32,000 nt of DNA from Breznakia sp. PF5-3 (GTDB taxonomy: Bacteria > Bacillota_I > Bacilli_A > Erysipelotrichales > Erysipelotrichaceae). The position numbers and the translations under genes are program-made. Below, piece by piece: positions 9,070-19,810 of the stretch. The notes under the pieces were generated by a model. The model searched no databases, had not been told where the DNA came from, and saw only the letters and a list, made by a program, of their open reading frames with translations. Each line of letters opens with the position of its first letter. Within the stretch, counting starts at the first letter, position 1. The stretch spans positions 21,268 through 53,267 of the forward strand of contig NZ_JAQFIQ010000012.1 of assembly GCF_029504745.1 (NCBI RefSeq), in the 5' to 3' direction.

Positions 9070-9078
9070 ATTATACCA
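9070..9078 (-). promoter_or_regulatory. Extended -10 element upstream of the DUF5131 gene
   Basis: The minus strand reads TGGTATAAT (rc of 9070-9078). The -35 is weak (TTTATC). This suggests DUF5131 and the esterase can be transcribed independently of the decarboxylase. Confidence 0.4.
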
Positions 9079-9137
9079 AAAATGTATATATGGATAAACA
9101 AGGAATCAAAAGTTTGCCTCTTTTATAAAAATCTATT

Positions 9138-10532
9138 TTATAGAAATGAATTTGCTGTTTCTACTAATAACTTTATTGTATTTTGTATATCGTATGTTGT
9201 TGTTTGAGGGTTTATTGTACAAACTCGTAATACGGTTTTACCATCTAGTTGAGTAGTTAAAATTCCTTCACCAAGCTCTACTAATTTCTTTGATATAGCT
9301 TTATTAAGCACATCAAGTTGTTGGTTTGAAATACCTTGTGGTGCAAAGCGAAAATTTACAATTGCCAATTTTGCTGTTGATATAATTTCCCAATAATCAT
9401 ATTTGCTTATTTCTTGTTCCATGTATTCTGCTAATTGAATGTTATGTTCAATGCCTTCTTCGATTTTTTTGATACCAAGAACTTGTAAAGTAATCCATAA
9501 TTTTAAACTTCTTGCAGGTCTGGTTAATTCAGGTCCAAAATCCCAATAGTTAATTTGTTCATCATTCACTTTCGCATCCTTTAAATATTCTGGATGAGTT
9601 GCGAACGTATCTAGTAAATAATCTTTATTCTTAACTAGTAGGGCACTGCAACTGTAGGTCTGCATAAGCCACTTATGGGCATCCCAACTAATACTATCAC
9701 AACGTGATATACCATCTAATATATGACGATATTTTGAAGAAACTAAAGCCGTAGCTCCATAAGCACCATCGACATGCATCCATAGACTATATTTATCACA
9801 TATATCAGCAATTGCATGTAAAGGATCAACACTCCCTGTATTGGTTGTACCAGAGGTAGCGATGATGGCAAAAGGAATGAATCCTTTTTTTATATCTGCA
9901 TGAATTGCTTCTTCTAATGAAGAAGTTATTAATTCATATTTTTCATTTGTAGGAATTTTACGTATTTGATCTTCTCTAAACCCAATGATTTTTAATCCTT
10001 TGGCAACTGATGAATGTGTTTGATCAGAGACATAGGCAATACCCTTGGGGTACTCATCTTCACGAAGTTTCACATTTCTTGCTGCTACTAACGCGGTTAG
10101 ATTTGCCATTGAACCGCCAGAGACAAATAAGCCTCCTGCACTATCTGGATAGCCTGCGAGTGAACACATCCATTTGATTAACTTTCTTTCAATACAACTA
10201 GCACTAGAGCTTTGTAACCAACTCCCAGCATGTGGGTTAAAGGCACTCGTCATAATATCACCAGTCCAAGATAACAGGGAAGTAGGACTAGGGATAAAGG
10301 CAAAGCATTTAGGATGTTGCATGTATGCTTGGTTTGCATATACTAGTGTTTGCATTTCCTTTAGCACTTCATCAACATTTCTACCTTCATCAGCAAAAGG
10401 AATCTTTTCAAGTTGTGATAATTTTTCATTATCGATGGGTGGGAAGACTTTTTGTGAATTTATATTTTCATGAAACGTCTGATAGTCATTAATAAATTCT
10501 AGAATATTTTGAAAAATAATTTCATTGTTCAT
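9138..10532 (-). CDS. Group II pyridoxal-phosphate-dependent amino-acid decarboxylase (aromatic/tyrosine/tryptophan-decarboxylase-like)
   Basis: The track ORF extends to 10568. I prefer the ATG at 10532 (MNNEIIFQNI...), 8 nt after AGGAG (rc 10541-10545). Motifs: SGGSMANL, HVDGAYGA, PLP-Lys context SWDAHKW. Confidence 0.9.
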   Translation of the reverse strand: MNNEIIFQNILEFINDYQTFHENINSQKVFPPIDNEKLSQLEKIPFADEGRNVDEVLKEMQTLVYANQAYMQHPKCFAFIPSPTSLLSWTGDIMTSAFNPHAGSWLQSSSASCIERKLIKWMCSLAGYPDSAGGLFVSGGSMANLTALVAARNVKLREDEYPKGIAYVSDQTHSSVAKGLKIIGFREDQIRKIPTNEKYELITSSLEEAIHADIKKGFIPFAIIATSGTTNTGSVDPLHAIADICDKYSLWMHVDGAYGATALVSSKYRHILDGISRCDSISWDAHKWLMQTYSCSALLVKNKDYLLDTFATHPEYLKDAKVNDEQINYWDFGPELTRPARSLKLWITLQVLGIKKIEEGIEHNIQLAEYMEQEISKYDYWEIISTAKLAIVNFRFAPQGISNQQLDVLNKAISKKLVELGEGILTTQLDGKTVLRVCTINPQTTTYDIQNTIKLLVETANSFL

Positions 10533-10652
10533 AAATATATCTCCTTTTTCTAATTGAAGTAACTTCATGAATAGTTTATCATTAGATTATAAATTAGTTA
10601 AATTTATAGAATTTATGATATTGATTAAAAATTATAATGAAAGAGGTGTATG

Positions 10653-11546
10653 ATGGAAATAAGAAATATGAAAGCCTTTTTAAATGTGGCAGAACTACAG
10701 AGCTTCACAAAAGCTGCTGAACTATCAGGATACTCTCAATCAGCGATAACAGTTCAGATTAAGCAATTAGAAAAGGAATTGGGTGTACAGTTGTTTGAAC
10801 GAATAGGAAAGCAAGTAAAGCTTACAAACTATGGTGAAACCTTTCTTCAACAAGCCATAGTTATTTTAAAAGAGATTGAAATAGCAAAAGAAATTGTTCA
10901 TACAAATGAAGCACCAGCAGGGAACCTTGATATCGGTGTAATCGAATCCTTATCTACAAGTGTATTACCCGATATTTTAATTGAATTCCAACAAAAATAT
11001 CCACATGTTTCAACAACTATTAAAACAGGGCTTAACTCAGAAATGTATGAAATGATTAAAAATAATCAAATCGATTTAATATATTTCTTAGATGAAAAAT
11101 TAAATTTTCCTAAATGGATAAAAGTATTAGAAAAAGAAGAACCTATTGTGTTTGTTACTTCTTCAAAAAATCCCTTTTTAAATCATAAAGATATAACCTT
11201 ACAGATGGTTTTAGAAGAACCTTTGATCTTAAGTGAAAAAGGACTGAGTTATCGTTACGACCTAGAACAATATCTTGCTTCTAAGAATATGGAATTACAT
11301 CCTGTATTGGAGATAGGAAATACAGATGTAATTTTGAAGTTAATATTAAATAATTATGGTATTTCTTTTTTACCTTACTATGTAGTACAAGAACTTGTAG
11401 AACAAGGAGAGTTGACTATTTTAGATATCAAAGAAGTAAATGTTACCATGTGGAGTCAGGTAGTCTATCATAAAAATAAACTATTAACCCCACAAATGAA
11501 AGCTTTTATTGATATGTTGAAAGAACATACGAAATATAATGAATGA
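10653..11546 (+). CDS. LysR-family transcriptional regulator
   Basis: N-terminal HTH (MEIRNMKAFLNVAELQSFTKAAELSGYSQSAITVQIKQLEKELGVQLFER) plus a LysR substrate-binding domain. Divergent from the decarboxylase. The start could be 10650 or 10653; AAGAGG is at 10641-10646. Confidence 0.9.
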   Translation: MEIRNMKAFLNVAELQSFTKAAELSGYSQSAITVQIKQLEKELGVQLFERIGKQVKLTNYGETFLQQAIVILKEIEIAKEIVHTNEAPAGNLDIGVIESLSTSVLPDILIEFQQKYPHVSTTIKTGLNSEMYEMIKNNQIDLIYFLDEKLNFPKWIKVLEKEEPIVFVTSSKNPFLNHKDITLQMVLEEPLILSEKGLSYRYDLEQYLASKNMELHPVLEIGNTDVILKLILNNYGISFLPYYVVQELVEQGELTILDIKEVNVTMWSQVVYHKNKLLTPQMKAFIDMLKEHTKYNE

Positions 11547-11568
11547 TGTGTAGGTATAATTATAACTC

Positions 11569-11592
11569 AAAAGTAAAGTTTCCTTTACTTTT
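11569..11592 (+). terminator. AT-rich hairpin after the lysR gene
   Basis: AAAAGTAAAG (11569-11578), loop TTTC, CTTTACTTTT (11583-11592). The stem is very AT-rich, so this is weak. Confidence 0.35.
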
Positions 11593-11612
11593 AAAAAAAT
11601 ATGTGGTATTCT

Positions 11613-11640
11613 ACTAATGTAAAGGAACATTTACATTAGT
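11613..11640. promoter_or_regulatory. Perfect 11-bp inverted repeat directly upstream of the membrane-protein/XRE pair
   Basis: ACTAATGTAAA (11613-11623), 6 nt, TTTACATTAGT (11630-11640). It abuts the RBS GTGAGGTG. Candidate XRE operator. Confidence 0.4.
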
Positions 11641-11652
11641 GAGGTGATTAGA

Positions 11653-11967
11653 ATGCTTTTTTCAAAAAAGAAAGATGAAATGCAAAATGTTATTGATTAT
11701 AAAGTATCAGATTTAACCATGAAAATACTTTTCTTATTCTTGGTTCTTCGTTATGCTTATGTATTTATAAGCGATCAAGTAGAAAGCTTAACGCTAATTG
11801 ATTGGATTTATTATGAGATAATCATTACAACAAGTTTAGTAGGAAGACTATATTATGAAAATAAAATGACAACTTATCATGATAAAGTCATAGGCTTTAA
11901 TTTACAGACATTATTTTATGTGATATTTATTGTAATGGGATTTCTCAATATATTTTTACACATGTAG
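11653..11967 (+). CDS. Small membrane protein (3 predicted TM helices), unknown function
   Basis: The track gives GTG at 11644. The ATG at 11653 lies 6 nt after GAGGTG. Hydrophobic segments: ILFLFLVLRYAYVFI, IYYEIIITTSLVG, LFYVIFIVMGFLNIFL. Confidence 0.55.
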   Translation: MLFSKKKDEMQNVIDYKVSDLTMKILFLFLVLRYAYVFISDQVESLTLIDWIYYEIIITTSLVGRLYYENKMTTYHDKVIGFNLQTLFYVIFIVMGFLNIFLHM

Positions 11968-11973
11968 GCGTAT

Positions 11974-12180
11974 ATGGAAAACAAATTGAAGGAACTACGT
12001 CATGAGCATCATCTTCGTCAAGATGATTTAGCCAAAAAATTAAATGTTAGTCGACAGACTATTATTGCTATTGAAATAGGGAAGTATAACCCATCATTGG
12101 AATTAGCCTTTGAAATAGCTGCTTTCTTTGATAAGAAAATAGAAGATATATTTCTATATAGTAGTGATACAAAAAGGTAA
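11974..12180 (+). CDS. XRE/Cro-CI family small HTH regulator
   Basis: 68 aa. LRQDDLAKKLNVSRQTIIAIEIGKYNPSLELAFEIAAFF is a canonical HTH_3 pattern. Confidence 0.9.
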   Translation: MENKLKELRHEHHLRQDDLAKKLNVSRQTIIAIEIGKYNPSLELAFEIAAFFDKKIEDIFLYSSDTKR

Positions 12181-12233
12181 CTTATAATTTCATTTTATGT
12201 GCTTAAATTGAATCATATATAAGTATGATGAAG

Positions 12234-12269
12234 AAAAAACAATCAGGTAATTTTTCTGGTTGTTTTTTT
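12234..12269. terminator. Bidirectional rho-independent terminator
   Basis: AAAAAACAATCAGG (12234-12247), loop, CTGGTTGTTTTTTT (12256-12269), with one mismatch. Lies between convergent genes. Confidence 0.7.
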
Positions 12270-12274
12270 GAAAA

Positions 12275-14197
12275 TTATATGTTGTGTAGAAGACTAAATA
12301 GACACTCAAAGAATTCATCATATGTCTTGCAATTTATTAATTTATCTACATTATTTTTTTGTGCTAATAGCTTTGTTAGGTTGTTTAGTATATTTCTGAA
12401 ATCATAACGATCACTATATTCAATAGAAAGAGAAAAAATCAGTTTCACTTTTTCTCCATCCCAATCAATACCAAATGGGTTTATCCAAACATAGATTCCA
12501 GTTTTTTTCGCATCTAAGCGTATCGTATGAGGAAGAGCGACACTCCCAAAACAAGTCTTGGACATTTCTTCACGTTCGATTACTTTTGCTTCATAATCAC
12601 TATTAACATAGCTTAGTGCATAAAGTTCACGAGATATGCAATGGATTACTTCTTTATAATTATCAATTCTTGTATCTATTTTAAATAGGTTTTCTGAGAA
12701 AATTTCACGTAAGCGGTTTTTGAATTCATTTACTTCTTTACTCTCATTCATTTCATTGATTGAATTGGTTAATATGGTTATATCTTTATTGGTAAGAAAT
12801 GGTGTTATTTGTATGTAAGGAATAGCTTTGTTAGTAATGGATGTTGTCGTAATCAGCAAATCAAAATCTGTTAGTTTCTCAAGTGCTTTTTCAGTATGTA
12901 TAACACCTAGAATAATGCATTCTTGTGCAAATATCTTTTTAATGCGATTTGCTACTTCGAAGGACAATCCATTATATTCAGGAAAGAAAAGATAACACTT
13001 TATTTTATCTTCATAATTCTTCTTGTTTTCAATTTCTCCACCGATATGCATAGTGATAAAGGCAATTTCACCTTCGGATAGTTTTACATTAAATGCTTCT
13101 TGAATTCTTTTTGATATTAATACACCCACTTCATAAATCATAGGGCAACTTGTCTTTATATTTTGCAAGAGCGGATTGCGATTACTATATTTCATTTTAC
13201 AACGAAGAATAAGATTATTGATATGCAGAGTTAGACGCACAAAAAACATTTCATCATTTAACTCAATATTAAAATAATCATCGATTTCCTGTATTACATT
13301 TTTGGTAAATTCAATATATTGATTGTCAATAATTTGGTGAAGATCTTTAAGATTTATTTCTTGAGGATTAAATCTTGTAGCTCGCACTAATAATAGAATA
13401 GATAATTGATCTATTTCATTACTATCTAAAGTTATCTTTAATAATTTTGTGATAGAAGCACTAATCTTTAAGGCAATTTCTTTATAGTCATTTGGAATGT
13501 TTGTATCATTGTTTATTGGGATTGATGGGAAGCCTGAATGCAAACGATCTACAGCAATTATAATATGGAGCATTAAGTTCATAAAGGCATAATCGTTAAT
13601 AAAATATTTAGCGTTTTCAAGGATGGTAGATATTTCTTTTGAAAGGGCGTATATTTCAAAGTTAGGAAAAGCGGCTTCTAATGTTGAAATATCCATAAAA
13701 TGATCACTGCTTTCAGAATACAAAATACTACTTACCATTTTGCGTTTATCAATCTCTTTACCTTCAATCCAAAATTTATTTTGTTCAATTTTTAAAGAAA
13801 TTCTATTTTTAGTAAAGGCTCTTTTTGCTTTTTGTAAATCTAACCTTATGGTTGATTCACTGACATATAACTCTTCACCAATATCCAATATATCAAAGGG
13901 ACTATTTTTATCTGAATAATGAGTAGCTAAAAGGATAATGAGATATTTAATTCTTTCCTCAGGAGTTGAAGGTATATCATTTTGTTCCTTACTCTTTTCA
14001 TTTGTAAAATTGCTTTCCAATAAACGAAAACCTTGTGAAGAAGATGCAAGACGAATATCACCTTGTTCTTTTAAGCGATTCAAATAATTGTGAATAGAAC
14101 GTACAGAAACATTTAGTTCCGCTGCTAAAGATTTGGCAGTTTTCCACTTCTTTGACCTATGAAGGATATCAATTAAATCTTTCTCTTTTTGGTGCAT
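12275..14197 (-). CDS. PRD-domain transcriptional activator, paralog of 2019..3902
   Basis: 640 aa. wHTH (SLAAELNVSVRSIHNYLNRLKEQG), PRD motifs (LMLHIIIAVDRL, LTLHINNLILR, ITMHIGGEIEN), EIIA-like His motif (VALPHTIRLDAKK). Divergent from PTS operon 2. Confidence 0.9.
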   Translation of the reverse strand: MHQKEKDLIDILHRSKKWKTAKSLAAELNVSVRSIHNYLNRLKEQGDIRLASSSQGFRLLESNFTNEKSKEQNDIPSTPEERIKYLIILLATHYSDKNSPFDILDIGEELYVSESTIRLDLQKAKRAFTKNRISLKIEQNKFWIEGKEIDKRKMVSSILYSESSDHFMDISTLEAAFPNFEIYALSKEISTILENAKYFINDYAFMNLMLHIIIAVDRLHSGFPSIPINNDTNIPNDYKEIALKISASITKLLKITLDSNEIDQLSILLLVRATRFNPQEINLKDLHQIIDNQYIEFTKNVIQEIDDYFNIELNDEMFFVRLTLHINNLILRCKMKYSNRNPLLQNIKTSCPMIYEVGVLISKRIQEAFNVKLSEGEIAFITMHIGGEIENKKNYEDKIKCYLFFPEYNGLSFEVANRIKKIFAQECIILGVIHTEKALEKLTDFDLLITTTSITNKAIPYIQITPFLTNKDITILTNSINEMNESKEVNEFKNRLREIFSENLFKIDTRIDNYKEVIHCISRELYALSYVNSDYEAKVIEREEMSKTCFGSVALPHTIRLDAKKTGIYVWINPFGIDWDGEKVKLIFSLSIEYSDRYDFRNILNNLTKLLAQKNNVDKLINCKTYDEFFECLFSLLHNI

Positions 14198-14245
14198 ATA
14201 TACACCCCCTGTAATTTTATTATAACAAAGTTACTAGGTAAGGAT

Positions 14246-14332
14246 AATTAATAATTTGCACACCCCATATGCAAATTATTAATTGTTTATCTAGCAAATA
14301 AAATTCATAATGTAAGTGTCACAAGTGATACT
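14246..14332 (+). promoter_or_regulatory. 15-bp inverted repeat (candidate activator site), promoter and a second IR in the leader of PTS operon 2
   Basis: AATTAATAATTTGCA (14246-14260), 9 nt, TGCAAATTATTAATT (14270-14284), a perfect IR. Then -35 TTGTTT (14283-14288), 17 nt, -10 CATAAT (14306-14311). An imperfect IR AGTgTCACaaGTGAtACT lies at 14315-14332. Confidence 0.45.
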
Positions 14333-14352
14333 TATTTGAAAGGAGAATTGAT

Positions 14353-14682
14353 ATGGCAGAAAAATTTATATTATTAGCATGTGGAAGTGGAGCTTCTAGT
14401 GGTTTTATGGCAAATAGCATTCGTAAAGCTGCCAAAGCTAAAGGCTTGGACTATGCTGTAGAAGCAGTTAGTGAAGCTGAACTAGAAGATTATTGGGATA
14501 AAGTTGATTGTGTTCTCTTAGGTCCACATTTAGCTTATATACAAAAAGAATATGAGAAGCAAGGGAAACCTTTTAATGTTCCAGTAGCATGTATTTCACA
14601 AATAGCATATGGATCGTTGAATGGGGAAATGGCATTACAAAATGCTTTGGATTTAATGGCGAAAGGAGTACATGATGACTAA
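14353..14682 (+). CDS. PTS lactose/cellobiose-family EIIB component
   Basis: 109 aa. Active-site Cys context FILLACGSGASSG. RBS AAAGGAG. Confidence 0.9.
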   Translation: MAEKFILLACGSGASSGFMANSIRKAAKAKGLDYAVEAVSEAELEDYWDKVDCVLLGPHLAYIQKEYEKQGKPFNVPVACISQIAYGSLNGEMALQNALDLMAKGVHDD

Positions 14683-15914
14683 GTTTATAGATGTTTTAAA
14701 TGAAAAGCTAGTTCCTATAATGAATAAGGTTACAAACAATATTTATATACAAGCATTACAAGCTGCAATCACACAAGCATTACCAATGATTTTTGTTGGT
14801 TCTTTAGCTTCAATTATAATGTCGCTTTTATCGCTTTTTCCAAATTTGGAAGTACCAGATTTAAGTCCTTTAAATACTTTCAGTTTCGGGTTATTTGCAG
14901 TCTTTATTTCCTTTCTAACACCATATAATGTATTGGAAAAGAAAAAGATGAGTAGAACGAAAGTATTAGCAGGATTAACTGGAATCAGTTTGTTTTTTAT
15001 GTTTATTAGAATTGACTTCAGTGGTGATCCAGCAACAATAACCTTTGGTCGGCTTGGTGCTGAAGGTATGTTGTGTGCAATTATAAGTGGCTTATTTGTA
15101 GCTGTTATAATGAAATCATTTTATAAATTTAGTTTATTCAAAGAAGGTTCATCAATACCTGATTTTGTACGAAATTGGTTTAATAATGTTATACCAATAT
15201 TCTTAGTTTTATTTACAGGGTTTTTGTTGATCTATATTTTCAATTTAGACATCTTTGAATTAATTGTTCAATTGTTCTCACCAATGTTGAATATTGGACA
15301 ATCTTTTGCAGGATTTGTACTATTGAATTTTGTATGTGTTATTTTCTATTCTTTTGGAGTAAGTCCATGGGTATTAGTTCCTATTATTTATGGAATCATG
15401 TTGCCTGGTATAGCAGAAAACGCAGAATTGGTAGCCAAAGGTTTGGAGCCTATTAATATTAACACACAAGAAACAGTATATTTTGGATGGGTTGCATTAG
15501 GAGGATTAGGGACTACATTGCCTCTTAATATCATGATGTTATTTTCCAAAGCAAAAGGAATAAAAGCGATTGGAAAAGCTTGCATTTTCCCATCATTATT
15601 AAATATTAATGAACCGATTGTGTTTGGAGCACCAATCGTATTTAATCCATTCTTAATGATACCTATGTGGATTGTTTCTATAGTAGTACCAGCCATTACT
15701 TATGTGGTATTATCGATGGGACTTGTAGCAATTCCAAGTGAAGCATTCTTTGTTATGGGAGTTCCTTTAGGTGTGTCTACATGGCTAATTTCACCATCCA
15801 TTGCAAGTATTGTTTTACTGGTAGTTATCTTTATTGTTTCGTATGCGATTTATTTTCCATTCTTTAAAGTTTATGAAAATCAAAAATTGAAAGAGGAAAG
15901 GTCAAGCTTAGAAA

Positions 15915-15928
<14 letters not shown>
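14672..15928 (+). CDS. PTS lactose/cellobiose-family EIIC permease
   Basis: 418 aa polytopic membrane protein. N-terminus FIDVLNEKLVPIMNKVTNNIYIQALQ and motif NINEPIVFGAP. Overlaps the EIIB stop. Confidence 0.9.
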
Positions 15929-17700
<1,772 letters not shown>

Positions 17701-17733
17701 TATAAAGATTTAGTAAATGAAGACATATAAGAA

Positions 17734-17767
17734 AGGCAATTGATCTATACGATGAACTGCCTTTTTT
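17734..17767 (+). terminator. Rho-independent terminator of PTS operon 2
   Basis: AGGCAATTGATC (17734-17745), loop TATAC, GATGAACTGCCT (17751-17762) with 2 mismatches, followed by TTTTTT. Confidence 0.6.
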
Positions 17768-17837
17768 ATGATAATAAAAATTTCCATATTAAAAGTGGAA
17801 TATAAAATGATAGTTCCGTTAATAACATGGGTGGACA

Positions 17838-18053
17838 TTAAAAGATAATAACATAAATCATATCAATATCATTGGTTGTTCGCATGTCTAAGCCCATGAT
17901 CGATGAGAGAAGACAACCACCTTTAATAACGAAATTTTCTTTATATTTTGAAAAAGATAATCTTTCTAAAAAACGTTCAAACATAAAATTTTGTAAAACT
18001 TGCTGAGTTGTTAAATTGGTAGCTTTAGAATACTGTTTTGCCTTTGCTTTCAA
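17838..18053 (-). pseudogene. Truncated AbiEii/AbiGii-family nucleotidyltransferase toxin (N-terminal ~70 aa only)
   Basis: LKAKAKQYSKATNLTTQQVLQNFMFERFLERLSFSKYKENFVIKGGCLLSSIMGLDMRTTNDIDM matches the N-terminus of DUF1814/AbiEii toxins, which normally run ~280-300 aa. The frame stops 6 codons later. The open frame continues upstream (..IIKNVES) to a GGAGG, but no canonical start codon is adjacent. Confidence 0.75.
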
Positions 18054-18070
18054 TGATTCTACATTTTTAA

Positions 18071-18715
18071 TTATATAAACACCTCCATTATTGTACGCAC
18101 CTTTTTTTCACAATTCAAAAGTTTAGAATATTCAATTAATTTTAAGATATCAATTTGTTTTTCTAAAAACATTTCTCTAATAAATTTATTAGCTTGTTCT
18201 TTATCAGTTCCATGATTTTTATTTTTTATCAAATCACATATAATTCTTTCATTATTATAAGTGACAACTTCAAAACCAAAAGGTGTCTTAACTTTTATAC
18301 AACCAAGTTTCAAATCTTCCTTTTTAACATAATGAATTTTAATATTTTTTGGCAGACGATGTCCGTTAAAACCACTATATACTGTAATATCTATATTGAT
18401 TGGAGTTCTTTCAGTTTTATTAAGTAAATACATAGCTGTATTATATGAAAAAATGATAGAAGGATTCTTCTTTTGGAGAATATAGAATTCATCTTCAAAT
18501 ACATCAGTTCTAATATAGATTCCTTTTTTATAACGTTCTATAATACCTTCAGAAATAAGCTTATTTATGTAATATTTTTCAATATTATTTGTTTTAAATT
18601 CCTTACTTGTAATAATTCCGCTACTTTGCGAAATGTATGATTTAACTTCACTGATATTTTTCATTGAATCACTCATTTCCTGTTTGTGCTTAAATTGTAT
18701 CATAAATAAGCACAA
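18071..18715 (-). CDS. AbiEi-family type IV toxin-antitoxin antitoxin / transcriptional regulator
   Basis: SGIITSKEFKTNNIEKYYINKLISEGIIERYKKGIYIR is an AbiEi_4-like wHTH, and the gene sits immediately upstream of the AbiEii fragment. The start is uncertain: 18715, 18676 or 18664. Confidence 0.75.
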   Translation of the reverse strand: MCLFMIQFKHKQEMSDSMKNISEVKSYISQSSGIITSKEFKTNNIEKYYINKLISEGIIERYKKGIYIRTDVFEDEFYILQKKNPSIIFSYNTAMYLLNKTERTPINIDITVYSGFNGHRLPKNIKIHYVKKEDLKLGCIKVKTPFGFEVVTYNNERIICDLIKNKNHGTDKEQANKFIREMFLEKQIDILKLIEYSKLLNCEKKVRTIMEVFI

Positions 18716-18805
18716 AAGGAAAATCGGAAGTCATAGTGTTTAAATAGTATTTTTAATCATGACTACTAATGTCAAGTTTAGTATAATGGATGAGAGGTGG
18801 TATGC

Positions 18806-19708
18806 ATGAAAGAAAATCGATATTTTCAAATGATTTATCTCTTATTAGAAAAAGGTAAAATGACAGCACCAGAGCTTGCTGCGCATTTTGAAGTGTCAGT
18901 GAGAACGATTTATCGTGATATTGATATTTTAAGTTCAGCTGGTATCCCTGTATACGCTACCCAAGGTAAGGGTGGGGGAATCTTTATTCAGGATAATTTT
19001 GTACTTAATAAATCAATTCTAAGTGAGGAAGAACAGCAACAAATTCTAATGGCCTTACAAGGTACTAAAGTGATGGAAGAAGAAAATACGAATCAACTTT
19101 TGTCAAAGCTCAGTGGAGTATTTCAAAAGCAAAATACAAATTGGTTTGAATTTGATTTTTCAGGATGGACAAAAACAAGTGCTAGGAAAGAGACTTTTCA
19201 AACATTACAAGAAGCTATTTTTAAACGTAGAAAAGTATTTTTTCAATACTATAACAGTAATGGAGATGCTATTGAAAGAATCGTAGAACCGCTTAAAATT
19301 GTCTTTAAATCCTATGATTGGTATGTATATGGATTTTGCACAATGAGACAAGATTATCGCTTCTTTAAGTTAATACGTATCAAAGATTTGAAAATGATGG
19401 AGGACGAATATGAGCGGACAATACCTGCAGAAATTTTCAAACGATCAGCGGAATTTGAAATGGATATGATAAAAGTGAAGCTTTTGTTTGATAAAAGTGT
19501 CTTAGTTAAAGTATACGAAGAATTTGATGATGAGGTAGTAAAAAACGAAGATGGTAATTTAATCGTGCATACACAAATGCCTAATAATGAGTTGTTATTT
19601 CGATATATTCTTTCATATGGAGATAAGGTAGAAGTATTAGCTCCGCAAAAAATTCGGGATATAATAGCAAAAAGAATAGAAAAAATTATAGAAAAATATA
19701 AAACTTGA
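18806..19708 (+). CDS. YafY-family HTH + WYL-domain transcriptional regulator
   Basis: The track gives GTG at 18797. The ATG at 18806 lies 8 nt after GAGAGG. HTH_11 region (MIYLLLEKGKMTAPELAAHFEVSVRTIYRDIDILSSAGIPVYATQGKGGGI). WYL-like core (VEPLKIVFKSYDWYVYGFC). Confidence 0.85.
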   Translation: MKENRYFQMIYLLLEKGKMTAPELAAHFEVSVRTIYRDIDILSSAGIPVYATQGKGGGIFIQDNFVLNKSILSEEEQQQILMALQGTKVMEEENTNQLLSKLSGVFQKQNTNWFEFDFSGWTKTSARKETFQTLQEAIFKRRKVFFQYYNSNGDAIERIVEPLKIVFKSYDWYVYGFCTMRQDYRFFKLIRIKDLKMMEDEYERTIPAEIFKRSAEFEMDMIKVKLLFDKSVLVKVYEEFDDEVVKNEDGNLIVHTQMPNNELLFRYILSYGDKVEVLAPQKIRDIIAKRIEKIIEKYKT

Positions 19709-19745
19709 CACCCTGTTGCAAGTTATGTGTGATATTCTGTGGGTG

Positions 19746-19774
19746 ACATATTTAAAAACGACATTTAAATATGT
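19746..19774. promoter_or_regulatory. Perfect 11-bp inverted repeat upstream of the isochorismatase-like gene
   Basis: ACATATTTAAA (19746-19756), 7 nt, TTTAAATATGT (19764-19774). It lies downstream of a TTGACA box (19705-19710) that overlaps the regulator's stop codon. Candidate operator or 5'-UTR hairpin. Confidence 0.35.
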
Positions 19775-19810
19775 AAATGATGATTTCTATTCACAAGGAG
19801 GAGTAATACA

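Noticed and set aside
12225-12407. 60-aa plus-strand ORF (MMKKKQSGNF...)
   Set aside because: It starts inside the bidirectional terminator and runs antisense into the PRD regulator's 3' end. It is an artefact of AT-rich sequence.
14311-14324. cre-like sequence TGTAAGTGTCACAA in the leader of PTS operon 2 (possible CcpA site)
   Set aside because: It has four mismatches to the TGWAANCGNTNWCA consensus, including the central CG. That is too weak to call without scoring tools.
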